Part shown: positions 7,455 to 17,133 of the stretch, piece after piece
Position numbering within the stretch: position 1 is the first letter of the stretch
Layout of the letters: each line of letters opens with the position of its first letter
Origin: a virus
Lineage: Duplodnaviria > Caudoviricetes
Virus record (IMG/VR): IMGVR_UViG_3300022906_000001
Span: 1-42,516 of that record
Strand: one strand, 5' to 3'
DNA length: 42,516 nucleotides
The notes under the pieces: generated by a model
Databases searched by the model: none
Told to the model about the DNA's origin: nothing
Seen by the model: only the letters and a program-made list of their open reading frames with translations
Position numbers and translations under genes: made by a program

Positions 7455-8162
7455 TCAGCTCTTCACTCTGCCGGCCGCGATCACGCGGTCAGCGGCAGCC
7501 TCGACGGCCGCAATCAGCTCGCGACGCGTCTGCTCGTGCCGGCCGTCGGACCAGCCCTCCCAAACGGTCGCGGTGAGCTGACGCTTCGGAACTTCGGTGT
7601 CGGTGTAATCCGTGATCTTGGTGGCCCACACGCGCGCCGCTGCGGCCGTAGCCGCCTTGTCGATCTCGGCCGCGAGCCATGCCTTGTCTGCTGCGGTCAG
7701 TGCCACGGGAATCAACTCCAAGTGCCATGTCGAGGCATCGGCCTCGCGCGCGGTGTCGTACGAGAACGAGAAGTGAGCGTGCTTGTCATGCGGATTGGGC
7801 CCCGTGTACGCGCGCTGTTTCCAACCGTTCGAGGCTTCCCAAATGCGCCGGTTGTAGATGATGTATCGCAGGCGCTTTTCCGCCCCCGAGCGGCAGCGGC
7901 CGAGCAGGAATTGGACGACCTTTTCCATTGTGAGATCACTCTCACGGAGGTCTTTGTCGGCGTCGATCGCGTGCACCTCGTTGACGCGGTCGGCGTCGCG
8001 GATCGGGACGTTGCCGGTTTCATCCGGGTTGTGATCGGACGTTTCCTGTTGGTGCGCTGTATCGCCGAGCCACCCGTCCGACGTCTTATCCCGGTCGGGC
8101 GCGAGCGCGTTGAAATCGGAGCGCAGGCGCACGCCACAGGGCACGAGTATCGCTGCTGCCAT
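7455..8162 (-). CDS. endolysin, zinc peptidase (M15-like) (235 aa)
   Basis: SDH, HAID, YIIYNRRIW and HDKHAHFS metal-ligand motifs; GGGAGAGAC RBS; upstream of membrane/holin genes. Confidence 0.75.
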   Translation of the reverse strand: MAAAILVPCGVRLRSDFNALAPDRDKTSDGWLGDTAHQQETSDHNPDETGNVPIRDADRVNEVHAIDADKDLRESDLTMEKVVQFLLGRCRSGAEKRLRYIIYNRRIWEASNGWKQRAYTGPNPHDKHAHFSFSYDTAREADASTWHLELIPVALTAADKAWLAAEIDKAATAAAARVWATKITDYTDTEVPKRQLTATVWEGWSDGRHEQTRRELIAAVEAAADRVIAAGRVKS

Positions 8163-8191
8163 GGTCTCTCCCCTCCGGGATCCACCGTAGC

Positions 8192-8656
8192 TCAAGCGGT
8201 CGTCTTGAGGTCGATCGAGAAGATGCGAGGCGAACTCGCGGCGCCGACCGGCGTACATGTGCCCGTACCGGCGGCGCGCCGGTAGAACACGCCGAAGGTG
8301 TAGTTGCCGTCCGCCGGGCAAACGAAGTCTGCCCAAAATGTCGCGTACCACGTGCGCGCGGTGGCGTGAATCCTCGTGGTGACGAACGCGAGTTGCGTGT
8401 CGCTCGTGCTCGTGCCGGCCCGGATCAGGGTGTAGAAATCGTCGTTGGCGACCGAGCCGTTCATCGGGAATATGGAGCTGATCCGGTACGTGCGACCGGC
8501 TTTCATCGCCACAGTTAACGACTTGTCGAGCAGCTCGGCGCCCGTGCCCGCGTTGGTCGCCGTCCCGTTCGACGTCGCAATGTCGGCGTCGATCTCGCGG
8601 TTGAGCGCCTCGTTGACATCTGCCGCCATGATGGGCGCGCCGCCGAGAACTGTCAT
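8192..8656 (-). CDS. minor tail protein (154 aa)
   Basis: Beta-rich; follows the large tail protein. Confidence 0.6.
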   Translation of the reverse strand: MTVLGGAPIMAADVNEALNREIDADIATSNGTATNAGTGAELLDKSLTVAMKAGRTYRISSIFPMNGSVANDDFYTLIRAGTSTSDTQLAFVTTRIHATARTWYATFWADFVCPADGNYTFGVFYRRAAGTGTCTPVGAASSPRIFSIDLKTTA

Positions 8657-8668
8657 CGTCTACCCCTG

Positions 8669-11600
8669 TCAGATTCCGTAGCGGCCCGGGTTGGCGATCC
8701 GGAAGTCTGCCCCCGAGGGTAGTGCCTTGGTGAACCCGTCCACGCCGCGCACGAGCTTGACGATCTGCCGCTGGTTGAGCACGTCGGTCCGAGTGAATTG
8801 GATGTCGTCGAGGTAGAGCAGCGTGCCGGCCGGCGGGGACGAGGCCATCGTCGGGCCGTACTCGGCGCGCGTGGTGCTCGCCGGCGCGGTGCCGCTGACA
8901 GTGAGCTTGGTCCACGTGTTCGCGGCCACGGCCACGCTCGCCGAGGCGCTGCTCAGGAAGCTCGCGCCGTTGTACCAGTCGATCACGGCGCCGATGGTCC
9001 GGGCGGCCGAGCAGTAGACCCACATCTCGGTACTGAACGACTGGCCCGGCGTGGCCGGAATCGTCGAGCCGGTGTTACGGATGATCGCCTGTACCGGCGT
9101 GCCGCCCACGGTCATCAGCGCCGACCACGTACCGGTGTGCGCCTGCGCCTGCGAGCCTACGAGCGTGCCCGTGTTGCCCGCCCCCGTGGCGACCCACCCG
9201 TTCCCCGCGGGGTCGCCGTCCTCGAACGTGCCGTCGCGGTTGGCCACGCTGTCTGGCAGCGACATCCCGATGACGGTGTTCCGCTGCCCTGCAACGATCA
9301 CGTCGTACGGGGTGTCGAGGTGGGACCAGAAGCCGTTACGGTCACGGCAGATCACGGCGACAGTGGTATCGCTCTCGGCGAGGTCGGCTTCGATGTAGCT
9401 GTCGACGTCGTACCGGTAGGTGGTGTCGTCGTATACGCCGATCTCCCAGGGGCGCGCGGGCGCGCAGGACAGCTCGATCGTCCACTCGTAGTTGTTGATC
9501 GTCTGCGAGAAACCCTCGATCAGAAGGTCGATCACCTCGCCCGCGATCTGGCTCGGCGGATCGCTGATCGTGATCCGGGAGCCGATGCGGCACGAGAGCC
9601 ACGGACCGATCAACTCAGGGTGCTTGAGCAGGTTGATCGTGATGCGAGGCCACCGCAGCTCGTCGGAGGTGCCGAGACTCGTCAGCCAGCCGGCAAAGTC
9701 GAAGAGCCGGGCATCGGTCTCGATGTTGATCTCGGTCTCATCCTCCCAGAGGCCCGACTCGTCAACGCTGTCTTGGTCCGTGACCGTGACCGAAGAGCCA
9801 TCGGTGCGCTTGACGGTCCACGAGTTACGCAAGCGCTGATCGTTGTCTGCCGGCTCGGGTGGCTCGTCGAAGAGGCCGGGCCACGAGAGTGCCATAGCGA
9901 CCGGCATGTTGTACCGCCGCGAGCGCGGCACGTACGCCAGCGCCGCCCCGCGCTCGTACAGGATGCCCATGTCAGCCGCCTCGCACTCGCGCAGCAGGTC
10001 GAGCAGCTTGGCGACCTTCTGCCGCCCCATGGGTTCGCTGTCGCCGCTCAGCGCGAGCACGGGCACGGCATTCTCGGCGCACAGCCGGGCGATCCGGTCG
10101 GCCGCGGGCTCGCCGATGTAGCCGTTGCTGACCTTCGAGAACGTGTTGGCCACGAACGGTAGGTCGTTGTCGCCCATCCATAGGTGCGCGACGGCCATGT
10201 TGGCGCTGCCGCCGATCACCGTGAAGTAGTCGAGGCGGGTGGCCGTACCCGAGTAGTTGTCGTTGATGCCATAGAAGACCGTCTCGCCGACCTGATGCCA
10301 ACTGAGCGCCACGTTGACCGTGCCGCCCGAGACGTTGGTCTCCATCTGAAACGCGATCCATCGCGTGGGGTCGACGACGTACGTGGCGGCAGTGTCGACC
10401 ACGAGGTTACCGTCGCGGTCATAGCTGCGCAGGATGAACCCGGTCGGGCTCATGAGGACGACGATGCGGGTGTGCGTGCCGGTCGCCCGGAACTCGTACA
10501 CCGGAACGTTGGTCACGGGCAGCGTTTCGAGCTTGGCCAGCATCATGGCGGCGTAGCCGTTGGCCGTGTTCTTGGGCGGAATCTTTCCCGAGATCTTCGA
10601 CACGCCGTACGTGTTGAGTACCATGACCGGGCCGGCGCCGGGCAGCGTGTCATCGGCCGCGAACCCGACGTCGACCACCGTAGCCGGCGGGGCCCCACTG
10701 ACCGCGGAGGCTGCCACGGTGGCGCCGGCCGCATCCTCGCCGGGGATGTACTGCGCCGTGTACGAGAGACCGCCGAGCAGGTTCCTGAGCGGACTCTTGA
10801 GGTTGCGGGCACCCTGGCCGATCTTGCGCAGGATGCCGGCGGCCGTGAGCGGCATGGTCGAGTCCCGGCCGCTCTTGTTCGGCCACCGCACGGGCCACTC
10901 GGGCACGGTCCCGGACCAGAGCAGGTTGACGATCTCGATGTCGTCGATGTACGCCGTGTATGTCCCGGCGTTCGAGTTGATCCGCCAGTGGAAGAGGCCG
11001 ATTGCGCCGCCCTCGATGACGTTGTCGGTGCCCGACGCGGACCAGCCGGCAGGCTCGTCGGAGCGGTTGCCCGTCCACGTCTTGATCATGATGTAGGGGC
11101 CGTCGGCCCGAGCCTTGGCCCAGACCTTCTGGCCGGCCGAGTAGGTCACGCCCGAGACGGTTAGGGGGATGAGCGTGGTGTCGCCCGTGGCGAGGTGCCG
11201 TCGGGAGAGCACCGACACGCCGCCGCCCGGCGTCAGCTCAATCTGAACCTTGAGGAAGGTGCTGTTGTCCTGCTGCCGCAGCATCGCGCCCGAAACGAAG
11301 TTGGCTCCGGTCGGCAGCACGGGCAGCGTGGTCGACCATACGATCTCGGCGTCGAGCGACCCCGCCTGATCGAGGGTCACGTACGAGTCGAAGTTGGTCG
11401 GCAGGGTGAGCACGCCCCGGGTGCCGTCAACCGAGTAGTACGTCGCGCGGTCGCTGCGCGGGATCCAAACGAATCCGTCGTCGTTGGTGCCCCAGCCGCC
11501 AGCAGCCACGGTGCGATCAAAGGGATCGGTGGTGCGGTCGTAGACGAGCCGCAGCGGCGTGCCGCGGTGAAGCTGCCCGTACCACTGGCCGAGGATGTTG

Positions 11601-11812
11601 CGCGGTGAGAGGTTGCCGTCGCGATTCTCCATCGTGGCCGCGAAGCTGCCCGCCTCGACGGTCGATGCCTCGTCATCGCGACCGCCCGTGATCTCGATCG
11701 CTGCCGCTTGGCGCCGCTTGCCGGCGTACTCCCACTCCCACGTGACAGGGCTGGCGGACGGGTCGGCGCCGGGAGCGATCTCGACGCGGGTACGCAGCGG
11801 GGTCACGCTCAT
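8669..11812 (-). CDS. large minor tail / tail-tip protein with carbohydrate-binding-like domain (1047 aa)
   Basis: ATGA-coupled to tape measure; N-terminal ITGGRDDE...NRDGNLSPRN hub-like motif; C-terminal FE...GW...AHTGTWS...NTWTKLTVSGTAP...LYLDDI CBM-like domain. Confidence 0.8.
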   Translation of the reverse strand: MSVTPLRTRVEIAPGADPSASPVTWEWEYAGKRRQAAAIEITGGRDDEASTVEAGSFAATMENRDGNLSPRNILGQWYGQLHRGTPLRLVYDRTTDPFDRTVAAGGWGTNDDGFVWIPRSDRATYYSVDGTRGVLTLPTNFDSYVTLDQAGSLDAEIVWSTTLPVLPTGANFVSGAMLRQQDNSTFLKVQIELTPGGGVSVLSRRHLATGDTTLIPLTVSGVTYSAGQKVWAKARADGPYIMIKTWTGNRSDEPAGWSASGTDNVIEGGAIGLFHWRINSNAGTYTAYIDDIEIVNLLWSGTVPEWPVRWPNKSGRDSTMPLTAAGILRKIGQGARNLKSPLRNLLGGLSYTAQYIPGEDAAGATVAASAVSGAPPATVVDVGFAADDTLPGAGPVMVLNTYGVSKISGKIPPKNTANGYAAMMLAKLETLPVTNVPVYEFRATGTHTRIVVLMSPTGFILRSYDRDGNLVVDTAATYVVDPTRWIAFQMETNVSGGTVNVALSWHQVGETVFYGINDNYSGTATRLDYFTVIGGSANMAVAHLWMGDNDLPFVANTFSKVSNGYIGEPAADRIARLCAENAVPVLALSGDSEPMGRQKVAKLLDLLRECEAADMGILYERGAALAYVPRSRRYNMPVAMALSWPGLFDEPPEPADNDQRLRNSWTVKRTDGSSVTVTDQDSVDESGLWEDETEINIETDARLFDFAGWLTSLGTSDELRWPRITINLLKHPELIGPWLSCRIGSRITISDPPSQIAGEVIDLLIEGFSQTINNYEWTIELSCAPARPWEIGVYDDTTYRYDVDSYIEADLAESDTTVAVICRDRNGFWSHLDTPYDVIVAGQRNTVIGMSLPDSVANRDGTFEDGDPAGNGWVATGAGNTGTLVGSQAQAHTGTWSALMTVGGTPVQAIIRNTGSTIPATPGQSFSTEMWVYCSAARTIGAVIDWYNGASFLSSASASVAVAANTWTKLTVSGTAPASTTRAEYGPTMASSPPAGTLLYLDDIQFTRTDVLNQRQIVKLVRGVDGFTKALPSGADFRIANPGRYGI

Positions 11813-13749
11813 GTCGCCGGTCCTAGCTGTCCCTTGACGCGGATCGTCTGGTTGACCCACCGACGGAAGTCGCGCTCTCCGCCCGGCACGACCTGCACGA
11901 CGACCGGCCGCTCGTCCCGGCTCTGCGCAGGGTCGGGTATCCGGTCGAGCGGCACGACCGCCTCGTCCTGCCCACCCTCGCCGACGTTGACCAGCGTGCC
12001 GCCCGGACTCGCCTTGACGAGCCCGCCGTCGGCAAGCTGCGGGATCCGGGGCACACCAACGGTGCCGCCGCCGAAACTCTTGCCGAGCACGGAGAACGAC
12101 GGGATGGTGAAGTGCAGGCTGTTCCACTTGCCGATGACGTAGTTGATCGCCACTCGGAAGCCGGCCTTGAGGCCATCCCAGAATCCGGAAAGGATCCCGG
12201 TAATGCGCGTGCGCGCGGATCGGAATGCGTTGATCATCTGCGCGACCTTGTTGACGATGGCGTTGACCGCGCTGACGACCCAATTCTTGACGTTGTTAAA
12301 GAGCAGCTTCCATTGCGTGAAATTGGTCATGACGGCGTTCTTCACGCCTACCGCGAATGCCACGATCTTGCGCCACACGGCCACGAAGAAACCGGCGAAC
12401 GGCCCGGCGAACCACGCGCCGATGCCCTTCATAAATCCCCAGACCGCGCCCCAGATCGTTTGAAAGAAGCGCGTCTTGGTGGCGAGGTAGACGATCACGG
12501 CGATAAGCGCGACGATGCCGAGCACGATCCACGTGATTGGCGACAGCGCAAGGGCAGCATTCCACGCCCACTGCACAGCAACGATCACGCCGATGGCCGC
12601 GGCCAGCAAGCCGAGGCCGGTCGCCAACGGCACGACCCACCCGCTGTTTTTCTGCAACCATCCGAACGTTGCCTCGATATACGGGATGGCCTTGGCGAGC
12701 TGATCAGTCAGGCCGGATTGCAGCTTCCGCTTGAAGCTTTCGAGCTTGGCGCCGGCCGATTCCTCAAGCGCCTTGCCCGCATTGTCGGCCGCGCCCGCGA
12801 ACTTGCCGAGCCCCTTTACGGCAGTCTCGGGGTTCATCGCGAAGAGGGCGTCGCCGAGGTCCTCGGCCTTGGTGCCGAAGAGGGCGACGGCCGCCGCCTG
12901 TCGCTTAACGGGGTCCTTGATCTCGCGCAGGGCATCGAGGGTGGCATAGAGACCGGCCTCGGCGTCGGCGCCGCCAGCGGCGATCTGCGCGCCCATTTCC
13001 TTACCGTCGAGCCCGAGCGCCTTGAAGCCGTCGGCGGTCGTCTTGCTGCCGTCGATCGCCCGGATGGCGAACTCCTTAAGCGCGTCGGCAGCGGTGTCGC
13101 TGTCTCGGGCGCCGGCCTTGATCGCCTGACTGAGCAGGCCGAGCGCCTTGGGGCCGCTCAACCCGAGCTTGCGGAACTGAGTGCCGTACTCGTTGAACGT
13201 GTCGAGCAGGTCGTCGCTCTTGTTGACGCCGGCCGTGACGCCACGCTGAATCACGTCAAACGCCTCATCGGCGCTCTTGACTAGGCCGTTGCGAAGCATC
13301 TGCGAGACCGCTACCGAGACGTCCTTGGTGCTGCTCTCGGTGGTCTGCGCGAGCGCTACGAGCTTGTTGCTGACAGCCTGAATTGCGGCGTCGCTCGCGT
13401 CCTCGGGCACAAGCTTGTTCTGCCAGACGTCGCGCACGGCGCCGGCCGCTTCCTCCATCGAGGTGACGACGCCTTTGGCGTAGACGGCACCCGCGTTCTT
13501 GCCCATCTCCGCGGCGAACTCGGCGCTGCCGCCGAGCTGCGCTTGCAGCAGCGCCATCGGCTTCGAGGTCTCGATGATCGAGTCGATGCCGGCGAGCAAG
13601 GCGGCGCCGATGGCAGCGCCACCGATCGCCGCCGCCTTGCCCACGGACGCCCACGTCTTCTTGAGCTTGCCCTCGACCTCGGCGCCGCCCTTGGCTACCT
13701 CTTTGGCGTCGATGCCGATCTCGATCAGCAGGTCAGCCAGCGTCGACAC
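11809..13749 (-). CDS. tape measure protein (646 aa)
   Basis: LADLLIEIGID start; DDLLDTFNEY and ADALKEFAIR motifs; Trp-spaced amphipathic repeats; IPQLADGG...VGEGGQDEAVVPL end; follows chaperones. Confidence 0.92.
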   Translation of the reverse strand: MSTLADLLIEIGIDAKEVAKGGAEVEGKLKKTWASVGKAAAIGGAAIGAALLAGIDSIIETSKPMALLQAQLGGSAEFAAEMGKNAGAVYAKGVVTSMEEAAGAVRDVWQNKLVPEDASDAAIQAVSNKLVALAQTTESSTKDVSVAVSQMLRNGLVKSADEAFDVIQRGVTAGVNKSDDLLDTFNEYGTQFRKLGLSGPKALGLLSQAIKAGARDSDTAADALKEFAIRAIDGSKTTADGFKALGLDGKEMGAQIAAGGADAEAGLYATLDALREIKDPVKRQAAAVALFGTKAEDLGDALFAMNPETAVKGLGKFAGAADNAGKALEESAGAKLESFKRKLQSGLTDQLAKAIPYIEATFGWLQKNSGWVVPLATGLGLLAAAIGVIVAVQWAWNAALALSPITWIVLGIVALIAVIVYLATKTRFFQTIWGAVWGFMKGIGAWFAGPFAGFFVAVWRKIVAFAVGVKNAVMTNFTQWKLLFNNVKNWVVSAVNAIVNKVAQMINAFRSARTRITGILSGFWDGLKAGFRVAINYVIGKWNSLHFTIPSFSVLGKSFGGGTVGVPRIPQLADGGLVKASPGGTLVNVGEGGQDEAVVPLDRIPDPAQSRDERPVVVQVVPGGERDFRRWVNQTIRVKGQLGPAT

Positions 13750-13756
13750 CTGAGGT

Positions 13757-14457
13757 TCACCCGCCTATCGCCTTGTTGATCTTCTTGACGGCCTTGAGCA
13801 TTTCCTGTCCGGTCATCTCCGGTCGCCGTTCCGGCCGGGCGTCGGAATCCCACCTCGGGATGAACTGCTCTGCCCGGTACGGCTTGGCTCTCTTGCTCCG
13901 GTTGCTGTTCGCGATGACCGCGGCGAGCATGCCAAAAAGCTGATCGGTGCGCGCCGCGCCGATCGGTCCCTCGACCCGCTCATACGCCTCCCACTCGGTC
14001 AGCTCGCGCGAGCTTATCCTCGCGAGCAGCTCGTCGACCGTACAGCCGAACGCGAGCGCTAGTCGGAAGTAGCGCCGTCGCTCGGGTCGTCCTCGAAATT
14101 TTCGGCCAGCCGCTCGACGTCCCCTTCGGTCATGCCGCTCAGCCGGCGGGCGGCGTCGAAGATCCGTTCGAGCGCGACGGCCGACTTGCGCCCAAGCGCG
14201 GCGATGTCGTCGACCGTGAACATGGTCCGGCCCTCTTCGTCGACCACGCAGCGAACGACCAGCTTCGCGCGCGCGTTGCGCAGGTTCACCTTGCGGTCGT
14301 TGCCGCGCTGTTCGATGATCGACGATTCGTACTCGTCCCGCTGCGTACCGGACATGCCCCGCACCCGCACCGTGCCGCCCCATTCGGGCACCGCGATGTC
14401 GTCGTACTGCCGGTCGTCTGCCGCGAGGATCGCCTCGCGGCCGAGGTAGGTCGTCAT
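13757..14457 (-). CDS. tail assembly chaperone, -1 frameshifted long form (gpGT-like, ~230 aa)
   Basis: The -1 frame after AAATTTC reads RGRPERRRYFRLALAFGCTVDELLARISSRELTEWEAY, typical gpT-like sequence with no own start. Confidence 0.8.
14059..14457 (-). CDS. tail assembly chaperone (gpG-like, 132 aa)
   Basis: VPEWGGTVRVRGMSG motif; between tail tube and tape measure; GGGAGAGAC RBS. Confidence 0.85.
   Translation of the reverse strand: MTTYLGREAILAADDRQYDDIAVPEWGGTVRVRGMSGTQRDEYESSIIEQRGNDRKVNLRNARAKLVVRCVVDEEGRTMFTVDDIAALGRKSAVALERIFDAARRLSGMTEGDVERLAENFEDDPSDGATSD
14095..14101 (-). other. programmed -1 frameshift slippery heptamer A-AAT-TTC
   Basis: XXXYYYZ in the correct register (GAA AAT TTC) near the end of the gpG-like gene. 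Confidence 0.75.
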
Positions 14458-14509
14458 TGCCGTCTCTCCCATGTTGATCTCTGTCACGCTGACCTACGCC
14501 ACGGTGGCG

Positions 14510-14947
14510 TTACGAGCCCGTCGGAACGAGGGTCGGCTTGCCGGTGACCTTGAACGTCGCCGTCCGGGCCATCTTGTCATCGTAGGGGAACTCGTCGGAC
14601 AGGCCAGTCATGATCCCCTTGAGGGACCACGTGTACTCGTCCTCGGTGCCCGGCAGGATCACGACCTGGTAGTTGCGCGGCGACTCGTCGTCGAAGTCGT
14701 CGTCGAGGTCGTGCGTCAGCTCGGCGGGGTCGTAGTTGATGTCGAGGCTGACCTCGCCGCCGTCCTTGAGACCGCCGATGAACTCCATCCATTGATCCGG
14801 CGAGTCGTGCGCCGTGACGTCGATGGTCTCGCGCTTGCGCTCGGGGCCCGAGATGTTGGTGACGTTGGCGATCACCTCGTACGTGGTGCCGGGTGAGAGC
14901 GTGGTCGCTCGCTTGAATTGGGTACCGAATCCATCGCGTCCGCTCAT
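14510..14947 (-). CDS. major tail (tube) protein (145 aa)
   Basis: ISGP...ETIDVTAHDS...EFIGGLKDGGEVSLDINYDP...FKVTGKP; ends in PTGS. Confidence 0.9.
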   Translation of the reverse strand: MSGRDGFGTQFKRATTLSPGTTYEVIANVTNISGPERKRETIDVTAHDSPDQWMEFIGGLKDGGEVSLDINYDPAELTHDLDDDFDDESPRNYQVVILPGTEDEYTWSLKGIMTGLSDEFPYDDKMARTATFKVTGKPTLVPTGS

Positions 14948-14961
14948 GCGGCCACGCCTCC

Positions 14962-15429
14962 CTAGCTGATTTGCTGCGTCTGTATGCGGAATCTTACGAC
15001 GTGGTGCCTGATCTGCGGGTCAGGGTCTCTGAGCGCCTGATCGAATTCGAGGCTGATCCGCACGCACTTGTGCCCGAGCGGGGTCAGCAGCGCGGTCAGC
15101 GCCCGATCTTGATGGTCGAGCAGCAGGGCGATCCGATCGGCGATCGTCTGGCCCGGCGTCATCGACCGGGTCTTGGTCCACACGTGAAGCGTCTCGGTGA
15201 TCTCGCGGCCGTAGCTCGTGAGGTCGTTGTCCGGGATCCCGAGGTGGTCGCCCACAGCGACGTACGGGTACGCCTGGCCTTCCTTGACGTCATCGACCAC
15301 CGCGGCGGCGGCCGGCGAGACGTCCTTCGCTGGCGCGAGCAGACCGCTCAAGGTGGCGTCGCCGCGCAGGCGCGCCACGATTACCCGCTGCACGGCGCCA
15401 GCCGGCATCGTGTTCGTTGGCTGGGTCAC
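14962..15429 (-). CDS. tail terminator (DUF3168-like, 155 aa)
   Basis: YPYVAVGD, TLHVW and RHHVVRFR motifs; directly upstream of tail tube. Confidence 0.8.
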   Translation of the reverse strand: MTQPTNTMPAGAVQRVIVARLRGDATLSGLLAPAKDVSPAAAAVVDDVKEGQAYPYVAVGDHLGIPDNDLTSYGREITETLHVWTKTRSMTPGQTIADRIALLLDHQDRALTALLTPLGHKCVRISLEFDQALRDPDPQIRHHVVRFRIQTQQIS

Positions 15430-15433
15430 CCGC

Positions 15434-15805
15434 TCACACCTTCCTCAGCGCTGCCTTGAGCTCGGCCTCGACCCGCTTGGGGAAGCGCTGGCGGGCCCTG
15501 ATCGCGGCAGGCTCAACGAACGGCTGAGCGGGCGTGTCGCTCGTGCCGTTCTCAACGAACGGCGAATGCCGAGCGGTCGATACCGCGCGGCCGGTGATCT
15601 TCTTGGAGTTGAACTCCGCATTGATCCCTCGGCGCAGGTCGCCGGTCTTGAACGGGGCCCCCTCGCGCATGTCGTCCGCTGTCTCTTCGACCTGAGCCTT
15701 GACCGCGCGGCGGCCCGCCGCCATGACCACCTCTGGCAACGCCTTGAGCTTGCGAGATAGTTCGGGCATGCCCTTGATCGTGACGTACGAGCTGCCGGAC
15801 GCCAT
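15434..15805 (-). CDS. HK97 gp10-like tail completion protein (123 aa)
   Basis: APFKTGDLRRGI and FVENGTSDTPAQPFVEPA motifs. Confidence 0.85.
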   Translation of the reverse strand: MASGSSYVTIKGMPELSRKLKALPEVVMAAGRRAVKAQVEETADDMREGAPFKTGDLRRGINAEFNSKKITGRAVSTARHSPFVENGTSDTPAQPFVEPAAIRARQRFPKRVEAELKAALRKV

Positions 15806-15807
15806 GG

Positions 15808-15909
15808 CTACCGGCCCGACTTCTGCACGTCGCGGCGCAGCTCTTGGATCTCTTTCGTCAACGCCTTGATGGCCTCGACGATGGCCTTGGCCTCAGGAGA
15901 GATCATCAT
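15808..15909 (-). CDS. small coiled-coil peptide (33 aa, MMISPEAKAIVEAIKALTKEIQELRRDVQKSGR)
   Basis: Fills the gap between genes; GAGG RBS; GC3-rich heptad pattern. Not in ORF track. Confidence 0.55.
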   Translation of the reverse strand: MMISPEAKAIVEAIKALTKEIQELRRDVQKSGR

Positions 15910-16411
15910 CGTCCTCGTCCTCGATGTCATGGGTCATCTCGGCGGCCGGCGCCACGGCCGCAGGCTTCGGCCTGCGCGCCCGTGCGCCGCGCGGCGGGGC
16001 GACCTCGGTCGGGGCTGGCGCGGTAGGAAGTGCGGCCGCACTTCGATCGATCGCCTCGGCGACCGCCCGGGCGAGCCAGCCCTCGACGCTGCCGGCGTCG
16101 AGGGGCATGAGGCCGCGCTGACCGAGGACGTCGGCGACCGCGGCGAGCTGTACGCGGTAGCCGTCCCGCTCGGCCTCGGCCTGCTCGACGGACGCGAGCA
16201 GCTCGCTCACGCGGGCGTCGGTGTCGCTGCTGTCGCTCGGCTCGGGGTCGTCGACCGACAGCTCGATCACGACCGGGCCCCACGATTCCGGGCGCATGCG
16301 CACGCCCGGGTGGCGGGCGTCGGCGAGCGTCTTGCCGCGGACGAGCCGGAACTTTTCGCCCGACGGCGCGGTGAGGATGCCGTCCCGGTGGGCGACCACG
16401 ATCTCGGTCAT
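15893..16411 (-). CDS. hypothetical protein (172 aa) with coiled coil and acidic tail
   Basis: GGGAGAGAC RBS; ATGA overlap with the glycosyltransferase stop. Confidence 0.7.
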   Translation of the reverse strand: MTEIVVAHRDGILTAPSGEKFRLVRGKTLADARHPGVRMRPESWGPVVIELSVDDPEPSDSSDTDARVSELLASVEQAEAERDGYRVQLAAVADVLGQRGLMPLDAGSVEGWLARAVAEAIDRSAAALPTAPAPTEVAPPRGARARRPKPAAVAPAAEMTHDIEDEDDDDLS

Positions 16412-17133
16412 GCTGTCTCTCCCTTGTGCAGCGCGTTGACGATGGCGGCGTCGACCGGCAGGCCGGAACGCTTCCACTCACGATACGCGCGGCGGTCGCG
16501 GCGGTATTGCTCGTTGCCGTTCACGCGCTTGTACTGCTCGTCGTCGCTGCCCTTGCCGGCGGCCGGGTGCATGTGCTCGATGCCGACCTCGGGGAGGTAG
16601 CGCAGCAGGCCGGTAGCGCGGCCGAGGTCCTGCACCGAGTTGTCGCAGTAGAGGTGCTCGACGCCGGCCGGCACCATCCGACCGAGGGCGCGCACGATGT
16701 CGGTGCGCATCGCCCACTCGGTCGGGAGATTCTCGCCCTGGTAGCCGTCGTCGCCGTGCACGATCCCGGCGCCGGCCCGTAGCGCATCGACGTACGTGTG
16801 CGCCCACCCTCGCGTGCGCGGTAGGTGGTCGTCGCCGGCAAAGCCGAGGGCGTACGGGTGGAACTCGGCCAGCATCATGGCGGCGCGGTTCAGCTTGGGG
16901 ACGAGTGGCTTCCATGTGAGGTGCACGGAGTACGAGAGGTTCGGCTCGGTGACCCGGGCGGTCTCGATCTCGATCTCGTAGTTGTCGCGCTCGGGGTCGT
17001 CGCCGTCGATCACGAAGTGCAGCTCGCCACCATCGGTGAACGCGAGCGTGTTGTGCCACGCCTGCACGACCTTCTGCACGTGCATCGGGCGCGAGCGCGT
17101 CGGGACGATCACGATCAGCTCGGGGCCGGTCAT
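16408..17133 (-). CDS. glycosyltransferase family 2-like (241 aa)
   Basis: LIVIVPTRSRP, FVIDGDD, KLNRAA, GFAGDDH (DxD-like), HLYCDN, IEHMHP. Confidence 0.85.
   Translation of the reverse strand: MTGPELIVIVPTRSRPMHVQKVVQAWHNTLAFTDGGELHFVIDGDDPERDNYEIEIETARVTEPNLSYSVHLTWKPLVPKLNRAAMMLAEFHPYALGFAGDDHLPRTRGWAHTYVDALRAGAGIVHGDDGYQGENLPTEWAMRTDIVRALGRMVPAGVEHLYCDNSVQDLGRATGLLRYLPEVGIEHMHPAAGKGSDDEQYKRVNGNEQYRRDRRAYREWKRSGLPVDAAIVNALHKGETA

Noticed and set aside
8669-11812. Diversity-generating retroelement or invertible tail-fibre switch
   Set aside because: No reverse transcriptase, invertase, template/variable repeat pair or flanking inverted repeats seen.
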